A DNA stretch of 64,000 nucleotides from an uncultured virus (IMG/VR IMGVR_UViG_3300044641_006743) (IMGVR_UViG_3300044641_006743), one strand, 5' to 3'. Shown: positions 37,790 to 46,749, counted from the stretch's first letter. Program-made: numbers and translations. The notes: generated by a model not told the origin, from the letters alone.

Positions 37790-38090
37790 TAGTTTCTTGA
37801 ATGTTTAGTGAATCAAGTAGGTCAGTTGTTTGCTCTGGCCCAATCAAGCTAAACGCATCAACAATCAATTGAAGATTAGGTACCTCTTTGTAATGTGTGT
37901 TGAGAAATAGTTCTGCATACTCAAAGTCATCCAATGAATTAGTTAGTTTCATCATGATGTCTGACGGCATTTCATCAACGATGCGCTCAACGATGGCTTC
38001 ACGCACACGATCCCATTCATAATCTGGGATTGCATCAGTGATGAGTTCTGTGATGTCAGTTACAGATTCAACTTGAAGTGGTGTGATCAT
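37761..38090 (-). CDS. Hypothetical protein
   Basis: Acidic ORF; ATG near 38090. Confidence 0.55.
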   Translation of the reverse strand: MITPLQVESVTDITELITDAIPDYEWDRVREAIVERIVDEMPSDIMMKLTNSLDDFEYAELFLNTHYKEVPNLQLIVDAFSLIGPEQTTDLLDSLNIQETNGVPEGNPS

Positions 38091-38138
38091 GAAGAAAAGA
38101 CCCCCGCTTGCGCAGGGGCCGAACATTCCGTTGTGATC

Positions 38139-38501
38139 TTAGGCAGGTTTTGCCTGGGTGTCTAGGACTTGGTCCATCAATCCTGAGTCTTTGAGGCGGT
38201 CCAGCATGCCGCACATGATGGTGGCATGGGCATGGGTTTGTTCCATGAACATGCGTGCCCGCTCTGCCGACATGGTATGGACACGGCCAGAGGGTTCCAC
38301 ATAGCGCCAGCTGCCATCAGGCTGGGGATCACCCTGGAGGGCAAGACGTTCTGAGTTATGTACGTACCGTAGCTCGATGTTGTGATAGTCCTTAAGACCG
38401 TCAGCCGCTGTCCAGGTTGCTCCAAGGTTGTACCGCTGCTCTTCGTCAGTGTACGCGTGGAACTCAGGGATGAGGTTCTTGAATGCAGCAAAGATTTGCA
38501 T
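38139..38501 (-). CDS. Hypothetical protein
   Basis: 120-aa ORF with a C/A-rich leader. Confidence 0.65.
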   Translation of the reverse strand: MQIFAAFKNLIPEFHAYTDEEQRYNLGATWTAADGLKDYHNIELRYVHNSERLALQGDPQPDGSWRYVEPSGRVHTMSAERARMFMEQTHAHATIMCGMLDRLKDSGLMDQVLDTQAKPA

Positions 38502-38523
38502 GACTTGAATTGAGTGAGTGGGT

Positions 38524-38610
38524 TGGTGCAGACGGCGGGAGTCGAACCCGCAAGGGCAAATGCCCGACGCATTTTAAGTGCGTTACGTATACCTATTCCG
38601 TCACGTCTGC
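38524..38610 (-). tRNA. tRNA-Leu (TAA), intronless, CCA encoded
   Basis: Acceptor GCAGACG/CGTCTGC plus ACCA, anticodon arm ACGCA-CTTAAAA-TGCGT, long variable arm GGGCA/TGCCC, T-loop GGTTCGACTCC. Confidence 0.93.
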
Positions 38611-38865
38611 ATCACTTGGGCTTACGCTTACGTCGATTGACGCATGCTGCCAAGTGTGATCTTGAGGCAGGACTTCCATTCCGTAAGTCCAGCTATCGTA
38701 GTCATCCTCATTACGAGGATCGTCTTCAATCAATATGTATTGTGGTGAGTTGTCATGGATGTAATGACCTAAGTTAGCTAATGCCATTGCAAGCAGTTGT
38801 TCTTCCGTGGGAGCTATGTCTCTATGCTCATAGGGTTGATCTGTGTGTTTAGTAAATGGTTCCAT
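38593..38865 (-). CDS. Hypothetical acidic protein
   Basis: 90-aa ORF whose last codons overlap the tRNA-Leu 5' end. Confidence 0.55.
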   Translation of the reverse strand: MEPFTKHTDQPYEHRDIAPTEEQLLAMALANLGHYIHDNSPQYILIEDDPRNEDDYDSWTYGMEVLPQDHTWQHASIDVSVSPSDADVTE

Positions 38866-38914
38866 AGGTAAAGAGGCATCCCATTTACGAGGATAGGATG
38901 CCTCTGCTGTGGCT

Positions 38915-40630
38915 TCAGCTCTTAGAGCTTAGCTCATCATTGCGCGATTGCAAGGCCAGCTTGAATGCATTGGAGTACTTCTCCTTCTGATCCTCATTTA
39001 ATCGCTGGTTGCCAACGCCAGCAATTTGTTTGATGTTCATCACACCCATGGATATATCCAGTTGGATGGTAAAGGTTGGCTTGCCATCAATCATGCAGAG
39101 CACAATGAAGTGCTTGCGTTTCTTGATGTCCTCTGCGTATTGGGACGCAGAGCCAACACAGTTACGAACAGCTTGGCCCCATTGCGCTAGCTGATGGGTG
39201 TCAATGGGTTGAAGGAATGTCCAATCACTGTCACCCATGCTGACCTTGACAGGTGTAGGGAATAAATCCTGGTGCAATGATTCCTTCTTGTTAGCTATCT
39301 TCCATGCTTCTGCTTGCACGTAGTCATGGAATTCAGGCATGCGCCAACGCTTAGGTGCTTCGATAGTTTTGTCGTTCTCAAAAATACGCATCATCATTGA
39401 GAACGTGTCATCCATCTCATACCACTCATGAATAATAAAGTCGTGATCAGAGAAATTAGACATCCTGGTATGCTTTTCATTTGATTTCTCAACATACTTG
39501 CGCATCATATTGAGGAATGATGTAACAGACATGTGTTCACGCAGCCAAGCAAACAAGGCATCGTTGGTACGTAGGCGATTGAGATTAACGACACGCAGTT
39601 CTTCAAAGTATGTACGGTAATGATCGAGTGGGCAATCAGGCCATACACGATTAATAAAGTAGATAGAGTTTGTCGTTTGCTCAAACTCTTTGTAGCCATA
39701 CTTGATTGCCTTACGCTGATTGTTCTCAGGGTTATTGTATTCAGCTACAGATTTGTCAAGCATAAGTTGAAGTTGCTTCTTGATAGAAGGTGCAGTAATA
39801 ATGTGTTCAATGTTCTGTATGGTTAGGTGATGTGTAGATATATAGTTATTCGATGCCATCCATCGATTAGCAAGGTTGACCATATCATCAACCGTTAGCT
39901 TAAAAGCTGAACGATCTTCAATACAGTTTGTTAGTGCAGATGGAAACTCAAGTGCATCAAGAAGGTTCTTACAGTGGACGCGCTCAAACATAGAATGACA
40001 ATCGTTCCATGTTGGAATCGTTTCCATCAATGTTTTCTCAAAGCTATTGATTGCATCATTCATATCACGTGACTTTTGGTAGTAACTAGTAATACCCATG
40101 ACACGCCAATTGCGTGCATCATTACCAGCGATAACATCTTGCTTGGTTATAGTACGTGAGTATGTAAAGGTCTGTGCACCACGTCCAATGTTGTGTTCGG
40201 TGCACTGATCTTTAGTATTCCAAATGTGACGAGGAACTACCTTAGCTGCAGCCGCAGTGTTCTTGAATGCAAAAGCATAGCCATAAAGGTAGTCCTCTCC
40301 CTTGGCAGGTAACCATGCGGCGTACCAGCATTGCTCAAAGTGATAGAGAACTGCTGTGGTAATCGTACGTGCTTGTGGTGTAGCAATATCAACCACCTTG
40401 GTAAAACGGTGGTAACGCTCAGGTGCACCTGATGCATTGATACGATCAATCGCATCTTGTTGATAGCCAGCACGTACCACATTCTCAGGGATGAGATGTG
40501 GGATATTACCCAGTGGATACTTAGCTTTCTTCGTAGACTTCTTAGGTTCCTGCTCTTTGACCAAAGCCTTGAGCTTTGGATCGTAAGCCAGGAGTTCTTG
40601 TTGCAGGTTGGAAGGAAGTGCGAATTGCAT
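38915..40630 (-). CDS. PcfJ-domain protein
   Basis: C-terminal EFHD..P....L..WG.AVRNCVG..Y..TIQL..QIAG..N. Confidence 0.75.
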   Translation of the reverse strand: MQFALPSNLQQELLAYDPKLKALVKEQEPKKSTKKAKYPLGNIPHLIPENVVRAGYQQDAIDRINASGAPERYHRFTKVVDIATPQARTITTAVLYHFEQCWYAAWLPAKGEDYLYGYAFAFKNTAAAAKVVPRHIWNTKDQCTEHNIGRGAQTFTYSRTITKQDVIAGNDARNWRVMGITSYYQKSRDMNDAINSFEKTLMETIPTWNDCHSMFERVHCKNLLDALEFPSALTNCIEDRSAFKLTVDDMVNLANRWMASNNYISTHHLTIQNIEHIITAPSIKKQLQLMLDKSVAEYNNPENNQRKAIKYGYKEFEQTTNSIYFINRVWPDCPLDHYRTYFEELRVVNLNRLRTNDALFAWLREHMSVTSFLNMMRKYVEKSNEKHTRMSNFSDHDFIIHEWYEMDDTFSMMMRIFENDKTIEAPKRWRMPEFHDYVQAEAWKIANKKESLHQDLFPTPVKVSMGDSDWTFLQPIDTHQLAQWGQAVRNCVGSASQYAEDIKKRKHFIVLCMIDGKPTFTIQLDISMGVMNIKQIAGVGNQRLNEDQKEKYSNAFKLALQSRNDELSSKS

Positions 40631-40656
40631 GATGAGGTTGGAGTTGAGTTGAGTAT

Positions 40657-40683
40657 AGGCAGTTTAACGTCATGCCCAGGACG
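40657..40683 (-). repeat. Pseudoknot repeat family 1, copy E
   Basis: Minus strand CGTC-CT-GGGCA-T-GACG-TTAAAC-TGCCT. Confidence 0.85.
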
Positions 40684-40688
40684 GTTCT

Positions 40689-40988
40689 TTAATTACAAGA
40701 CATCTTTTCTTCGTATTCTTTACGGAACTGTGCAAGCCATTCCATTAAATCAATAACACGTACTACCTGTTGGCCATCTTCTGCGCCACCGGCTACACGC
40801 CAATGAACAGGTGCCGTGTCTTGGAGAGCTGTTTCCAAAGCATTGGTAGCACCCCAGATTGCGCCCCACATTGAAGCTTTAGTTGCAATATACAGCGGTT
40901 GCGTGTCATCTGTTTGGTTATCGTCATACCAATGTGTCATCCAATCATTGACAAGATCTAAAGGAGGTGTTGGAGAATTGATTTCCAT
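40689..40988 (-). CDS. Hypothetical protein (distant PTPP family member)
   Basis: PTPPLDLVNDW..IATKASMWGA. Confidence 0.6.
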   Translation of the reverse strand: MEINSPTPPLDLVNDWMTHWYDDNQTDDTQPLYIATKASMWGAIWGATNALETALQDTAPVHWRVAGGAEDGQQVVRVIDLMEWLAQFRKEYEEKMSCN

Positions 40989-41011
40989 TGGGTTAAATGA
41001 GTAAGTGGAAA

Positions 41012-41038
41012 GGACAGTTTAACGTCATGTCCAGGACG
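41012..41038 (-). repeat. Pseudoknot repeat family 1, copy F
   Basis: Minus strand CGTC-CT-GGACA-T-GACG-TTAAAC-TGTCC. Confidence 0.85.
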
Positions 41039-41715
41039 TTTGATTAGCGGATGCCTTTCAACTGATCAAGAAGTTCTTCGTCAGTCTCATCACCAGGCCA
41101 TGTGCCAATGCACTGGTCTAGCATATAAGCACCGGTCAGTGTTATAACTGGCATGCGTTTAGCAAAACCAGTTGCCAGGTACACTCGACCCTTGGGACCG
41201 CGCAGTACAAAGTACCAACGCTTGAATTCAATTGAGAAACCAATCATGAGTCTAGATCGTAGTCAGAGGTGTCAACGAGTTGCCATTGAGGATCGAGCTG
41301 ATTAAGATAGGTACAGAAGCCATCTTCATCAAGAGGGATTGGTTCCTCTGGATCCAATTCAACAGTTGTTGTGCAAAGTGCAGGAGCCCATTCTTCAGGG
41401 TCAAGATGAGTTGCGTGATAAAGCAACCGCATCTCATCAACAACTGCTGTAACTGTGACATGAGTGTCAGTGAATTGAGTGTCTTCGATGGCAAGAACTG
41501 TCATCAGTTGTCATCCACGTAGGAGTAGGTAGTTGTTTTGATCAGGCGATACTTCATCCACAGACGTGCTGTGTCATACTCGCCTTCAAATCGTGTTGAA
41601 TTCAACACATTTGCTGATGCTCTGCGCTGTGCGCAAGAAGCAAGATTGATACGGTCAAACATGCTGATGTTGTCGGTTACTGCAGGCATGATCTGAGTTG
41701 AGTAAGTGGACAAGA

Positions 41716-41745
41716 CCTGGGACTTACACCGTAAGGATGCCCAGG
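41716..41745 (-). repeat. Stem-loop repeat family 2, copy 1
   Basis: Minus strand CCTGGGCATC-CTTACG-GTGTAAGTCCCAGG. Confidence 0.85.
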
Positions 41746-42759
41746 ATCTTTAGATTATCTTAATGTTTCCGATACTTAATCCTGTGCCAGGAACACTGAG
41801 TGATCCTTTGACACCATTCGGATTTGCATTCAATGTGATTTGGAATGGACCAAGTTTGACTGATTTGGATACAGATTTGATTCCATGTTCTGTGATGTTC
41901 ACACCATGAATGGTGCGATCAAAACTGATGAGGGATCGTTTAGTCATCGCAGGTCATCCGGTAAGAGTGCTTGGGAATCTTCATCATCCATATTTGTCAT
42001 GACGAATTTCTCTCCATTGGGGGCAATAAAGCCCCCAATGAATCCCATGCCGAGACGATCGGATGTTTCCTTCATGCGAGCAACAAGCTGCATGGCTTGA
42101 AGTCTTTGCATATCCAGAGAGTCTGGTATGCGAGGAGTGTTGTCAGTCATTGGAATGAGTTGAGTAAGTGTGTGAAGTCTATCAGGGTTGTCAAGGGATG
42201 GAAGGGGAGCAACACATAAGTTTATCTAATAGAATTAAATGAACTCCTGGTACTCCCCTCCGGGGGTCTGGGGGTCAAGCCTTGGTTAACCGATGCATTA
42301 AATAGTCAGTCTTGTTAACCATGGCTTTGCATCCTCCACATTGCAAACCAGCCCATGCGAAGTGATACACACGGGCTGTTTCATGGCAATGGGGACAGAG
42401 TATTAATCTGCCAAACCGTCCGACTCTTGAACGTCCAGTAATTGGAATGAAGTCAGAGAGATCTTCGTTCATGAGTGCATAGCTTGATGTTCTTTCCATG
42501 CAGCAGCATGCATCTCAGCCATTGTGATAGGCGGTTCGCCTACCTCGTCTGGCTCATACTCCACATCAAGTTCATTCTCAATCATGGGAATGATCTCGTC
42601 ATCGAGCAGCGCAAGCATGCTCGGAGTGAGGTGCTGATCCATTTCGTGACGCTTTGCCTCGCGTTCGCTGATTGCTTTCAACAGAGTCAAAGCTTCTTGG
42701 ACGTAGGTGTATTCGTTCTTGTAGGCCATGGTTTGATTGATGTGAGGTTGAGGTGAATG

Positions 42760-42800
42760 CCTGGGACTTACACACCGAGCTGGCGTCGGTGATGCCCAGG
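42760..42800 (-). repeat. Stem-loop repeat family 2, copy 2
   Basis: Minus strand CCTGGGCAT-CACCGA..TCGGTG-TGTAAGTCCCAGG. Confidence 0.85.
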
Positions 42801-43742
42801 ATTGAGGCTATGACTGAAGTATTGGCATGTATTGGCTATTTTCAAATAGCAAACAATACTTCGTATTGTGATATAACACTAAAGTGATTTAGGTTCAGTC
42901 ATAATCCATCCGGTGTAGTTATCACTGCACCGTTCAACGCGTATCAAACCGTATTGCTCCAGTTTGTTCAAGGCCTGAAGATATTGATCAAGCCTTGAGA
43001 CTTGCGTCGTACACTTTGGTACAAAACAAGGAACCTTACCGTACTTCTTCCTGTGATTTAGGAAGTACATGTAGATGTTGCGTTGATTAATGCTGAGGTT
43101 TGGCACAGCAGTTGCTTGCATTGACTTAGCAGTAGTGTGGACGGGACTCAGGATACGCCTTAGCCAGTGCGTTGGAAAAACTTAGCTCGGTGTTGGAGCG
43201 AGTCGTTGTATCTCCAAGAGAGGGCTGGCCTTCGATCTCGTACTCTTCGAAGTACTGGATGTAGGTTTGGATCGCCTGCTTCTTGGAGAAGATGCAGTGG
43301 CTTCGGACTGGGTATCCTGCTTGGTACCACCATCCACCTTCCTCTGGACCGCCGTAGTTGAGCGTCGTTTCGTGGATGGTGATGACCGTTGGGTCTTCGT
43401 GTTCGAAGTACTTGTGCGTGTTGTAGGCGTTGATTGCGTAACGGGCTTTGTAGGTTCTGGGGTAGAACCTCTTGAGTTCTGAGATGTAAGACATTGGAGT
43501 GCTTCCAGAATGATTTGAATGAAGATTGAAATGATGACAATGACATGAATGACAATGTCATCTTCTTGAAACTTAGGCTTGGTCATCGTAGTAATCCTCA
43601 ATGAGTTCAGGGTTAAGTTCATATTCTTCACGCAGTGCTTGTTCTTGTTCATACGCCATGTCAGCCATGGCATCAAGCAAGTCTGCGTTGAAGTTAGGAT
43701 CGAGTTGATTCATGGTTGATTTGAATAAAAGGATTGGTTGAA

Positions 43743-43793
43743 CCTGGGACTTATATCCGTTATTGAGAATGTTCTCAATAAAGAATGCCCAGG
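43743..43793 (-). repeat. Stem-loop repeat family 2, copy 3
   Basis: Minus strand CCTGGGCATTC..TTATTGAGAA-CA-TTCTCAATAA..TATAAGTCCCAGG. Confidence 0.85.
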
Positions 43794-43825
43794 TATACGT
43801 AGTACTGATGTACTAGCGGTGGTGG

Positions 43826-44260
43826 TTAGATCTTTACACCCCTCCAGGACAATCCTTTGTGGATGTTGGAGATGGTGTGGTAGCTGACGTTGTACTTACG
43901 TGCAATTGCTTCGTACGCTTGTTGCTTAGAACCGAAGCTATTGACGGTTTGAGAATCAGACAACATCAGCTTGATCTCACGGACCATATCCTTGGTTAAC
44001 TTGCAGTTACCAATTGGAGCAGTCCGTGTCTTGATCTGAGTTTGGATCTTAGGTTCTCCCTGGCTCTTAACAGCCATCATCTTTGGTGCCGGCTGTTGGA
44101 CCAGGGGGTCACGGGGGGTTGGATCCAGTGGAGTACGGACAGGAAACCCAAGGGTGACTGAGGCACCATCCTTGGTTACCGAGACCGTAATCCTTCCGTC
44201 CCTGGTGATAACACTGATGTGATCAGGGTTGTGAACGTCGAGCTGGCTGAGCGCTTCCAT
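43826..44260 (-). CDS. Protein with C-terminal HTH DNA-binding domain
   Basis: KLTKDMVREIK..IARKYNVSYHTISNIHKGLSW. Confidence 0.65.
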   Translation of the reverse strand: MEALSQLDVHNPDHISVITRDGRITVSVTKDGASVTLGFPVRTPLDPTPRDPLVQQPAPKMMAVKSQGEPKIQTQIKTRTAPIGNCKLTKDMVREIKLMLSDSQTVNSFGSKQQAYEAIARKYNVSYHTISNIHKGLSWRGVKI

Positions 44261-44374
44261 GGATCTGGTTGCTTTGAGTGCAGTGGATGCAGATGGAGAA
44301 TAGCTGGTACAAACAATGATGCAAGTACCAGCCGTAGTGGTTCAGGCAGTGATGACACTATCGCTAGTGCGTGT

Positions 44375-44725
44375 TTACTTCATGTATAAATATTGACCCG
44401 ACCAGTCGGCTTTCAGGAGGCAGGTCTCATACGACACATCGTCAAGCAGGTTGTACCGCACATGTTTGGCTGGGGCCTTCCATGATGCGGGCTTGTAAAC
44501 AGCACCTGACTGACGATGGACAAAGGCATGGACACTGCCTTCATAGCCTCCAAGGGCATTACGTCTGGTGTTGTGCTGAATAATCTTGTAGTACTTAGTG
44601 CCACGAACAATGTTAAATTCGATGCCACTCTCTCCGTACTTCTTGTGGTAATGTTCCAGAAGCTTATCAATCAAGCGATTGATACGTGCTTCTAGAACCT
44701 GGGTGTGTTCAGCGAGTGAGTACAT
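44375..44725 (-). CDS. Conserved cyanophage-type early protein
   Basis: GTKYYKI..SVHAFV..G.VYKPASWKAPAKHVRYNL..ADWSG.YLY. Confidence 0.75.
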   Translation of the reverse strand: MYSLAEHTQVLEARINRLIDKLLEHYHKKYGESGIEFNIVRGTKYYKIIQHNTRRNALGGYEGSVHAFVHRQSGAVYKPASWKAPAKHVRYNLLDDVSYETCLLKADWSGQYLYMK

Positions 44726-44903
44726 GATTTGAAGTGGATGGAAGTTGAATGAGATCTACACCAACCATTGCAGATCCAGTGATGGATGCAATGATGATGA
44801 CAAAGAGTGCTTGTAGCAGTTTGCTACGTAGAGTCTCATGAGACTCATGATAAGAATCAAGGGTGATGTACTTGTTCTTGCCCATGGAGTAGATACGTTT
44901 CAT
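44709..44903 (-). CDS. Small membrane protein
   Basis: 64 aa with one hydrophobic helix. Confidence 0.5.
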   Translation of the reverse strand: MKRIYSMGKNKYITLDSYHESHETLRSKLLQALFVIIIASITGSAMVGVDLIQLPSTSNHVLTR

Positions 44904-44927
44904 CTGAGTTGAATGAATAAAGTGAAC

Positions 44928-44979
44928 GTAGTCCTGTGGTGAGGACTACAGAAAAGGGCCGAAGCCCTTTCGTGTAGTC
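44928..44979 (-). repeat. Structured element family 4, copy 1
   Basis: GACTAC-[AAAGGGC-TTCG-GCCCTTT]-GTAGTC-CTCACCACAG-GACTAC. Confidence 0.65.
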
Positions 44980-44987
44980 GTCTGATG

Positions 44988-45374
44988 TCAGAACGGAATC
45001 TCTTCCAAGGTGGGTTCAACCTTTGGTGCAGTGACCTCAGGCTGTACCTTGGGACGAGGAGCAGATCCTATGACGGCACGTACTCGCGTCAGTGCCATCT
45101 CTGGGTACTTCAATGCGACGAGATCGCCGTCCTTGAAGTAATGCGTACGGATGCTGCTGAGTCTGACATCAAATTGAGTGAGGATGAGCTGCTGACCAAC
45201 GACGAGTGTGCCGTTGTTGTAGGCAGTCATCAAACCATTGGCATTATTGAACTTAATGCGGCAAGTACCTTCGTACATGTCGTTAACAACCATGGAGATC
45301 GCAAGGAACTCGCGACCCTCATGGATTGCCTTCTCCATGTAGCAGATGTTGCCGACAATGGTGTTAGAGAACAT
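44988..45374 (-). CDS. OB-fold-like protein with SSB-like acidic tail
   Basis: TIVGNI at the N-terminus; C-terminal TLEEIPF. Confidence 0.5.
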   Translation of the reverse strand: MFSNTIVGNICYMEKAIHEGREFLAISMVVNDMYEGTCRIKFNNANGLMTAYNNGTLVVGQQLILTQFDVRLSSIRTHYFKDGDLVALKYPEMALTRVRAVIGSAPRPKVQPEVTAPKVEPTLEEIPF

Positions 45375-45398
45375 GATTGAACTGAGTTGAGTTGAGGT

Positions 45399-45447
45399 AC
45401 AGGATGTGGAGTCCTGTTGAGGAGGCAGTAGCCTCCAGAGCAGGATT
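45399..45447 (-). repeat. Structured element family 4, copy 2
   Basis: TCCTG-[GGAGGC-TACT-GCCTCC]-CAGGA-CTCCACA-TCCTG. Confidence 0.6.
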
Positions 45448-45834
45448 CAGTTAATACGCAACTCTGCATTATGGATGCAGTAGTACGTATCACCAAGGAA
45501 ACCTTGGGTGTAAATGAGATTGTGATTGGGGCGTGTATGGCATGTTGCCTTGTAATGCTGGTTGATGGCCTTCTGGCCAAACACAGACAGCATCATGCCT
45601 ACGCCAGTGCCAAGCACAATAGCGAGCGTTGCATCGAACATGTAGTTCTTAGTCATCAGTTCGGTGAGATGAAGTTGGACAGAGCAGTGCGGTAACCATT
45701 GACCTCATGGATCAATGCTTCCTTACGCACTTTGAGCTGAGCTTTGACACGCTCAGGAGTTTGGTCTTGAGCAACCTTGACTGCACAGGCAGCCAAGAGT
45801 TGCGATAACTTCTTACGTAACATGGATAGAGCGA

Positions 45835-45901
45835 GCCACCCTCGGTGGGTGGCAATAACTGGACCAGGGTTTGCACCTGGTCACCCGCTTTGACGGATCA
45901 G
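45835..45901 (-). repeat. T-loop-like three-way-junction repeat family 3, copy 1
   Basis: CTG-ATCCG/CGGGT-GACCAGG-TGCAAAC-CCTGGTC-CAG-TTATTGCC followed by a hairpin. Confidence 0.8.
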
Positions 45902-46087
45902 CCTGCAGCTGCTCTTTGATCGATGATCTTCTCAAAGAACGAAGCAACTTCGTTCCGAGTAAGAGCAACCTGCTCATCTGTCGAACAAACCCAGTCAGTT
46001 ACTTTGTTGTCAAAGTACTGACGAAGAGCTTCTTCGATCAGATTGAGCTGTGCATAAGAAAGTTCCATGACTCTCTTCTGTTGTGTA

Positions 46088-46158
46088 CGGTGCCCATCTC
46101 CGCTGGGGGCAATAGCTGCCGGAGGGTTTGCACCTCCGGACCCGCTTATACGGATCAG
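46088..46158 (-). repeat. Family 3, copy 2
   Basis: CTG-ATCCG/CGGGT-CCGGAGG-TGCAAAC-CCTCCGG-CAG-CTATTGCCCCCAGCGGAGATGGGCACCG. Confidence 0.85.
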
Positions 46159-46449
46159 TCTGTATACATATCATCATCACGGTCCTTCTCGCGAAGGTAC
46201 ATGATGATGCCACGTATTTCATCCAAGGTTAAATAACCCGTAGGGTTAGATAATCCTGAGAACCAGGCTTCGTAGGTCGTTGGCTGACCTGGAGCAATAG
46301 TGCCCATCAGTCCGGAGCCTTTCGGTCCGGTCACGATGGAAATACTGAATCCAGCAACTGGATCAACATATTCCAGATGCCAACCACCAGAAACGCCTGG
46401 GTGTTGTACCCAACCAGAAGTCAGGTCAATCATGGATCTCTCCACGGTG

Positions 46450-46520
46450 CGGTGCCCATCTCCGCTGGGGGCAATGCTGAGTGGGGGATTCGATCCCCCG
46501 GCATCACGCCTGGTACTCAG
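46450..46520 (-). repeat. Family 3, copy 3
   Basis: CTGAGT..GGGGGATCGAATCCCCC-ACTCAG-CATTGCCCCCAGCGGAGATGGGCACCG; 26 bp identical to copy 2. Confidence 0.8.
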
Positions 46521-46749
46521 AACGGAATCAAACGCTGGTAGTACTCCTGCTCTTGCTCTGATAAACCACCCATTGAATGCACTTCAGTGTCATCAAGAGT
46601 GACAACGTAAGCCTCAAGGGCTTCACGCGTACTGAAGAACTTGGTGGTGTACTGAGATGCAAAGTCATCGCAGTAGATGTCAAGCGTTGTGACGAAGTAA
46701 AGCATGGTTGAATTGCGATGGAATGCATGCGTATTACGGATGCGCACCC

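Larger units (their letters stand above)
41044..43713 (-). other. Cluster of small early hypothetical ORFs
   Basis: Abutting minus-strand ORFs at 41044-41247, 41244-41504, 41504-~41689, 41750-41947, 41944-42150, 42275-42499 (CxxC..CxxC), 42469-42729, 42879-43121 and 43126-43494, plus short ORFs up to 43713. Confidence 0.65.
45447..46712 (-). other. First early ORFs of the leftward transcript
   Basis: Small ORFs at 45447-45656, 45656-45823, 45898-46068, 46155-46433 and 46517-46705, mostly separated by structured repeats. Confidence 0.6.

Noticed and set aside
38524..38610. tRNA-Leu as attP for the recombinase
   Set aside because: It lies 37 kb from the recombinase with no duplicated tRNA fragment; cannot be tested without a host genome
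25874..46520. CRISPR array or hammerhead ribozymes among the repeats
   Set aside because: Repeats are separated by whole genes rather than uniform spacers, no cas genes are present, and the CUGAUGA/GAAA hammerhead core is absent
46450..46520. A third tRNA
   Set aside because: It has a T-arm-like hairpin but no D arm or anticodon arm of proper geometry; treated as repeat family 3
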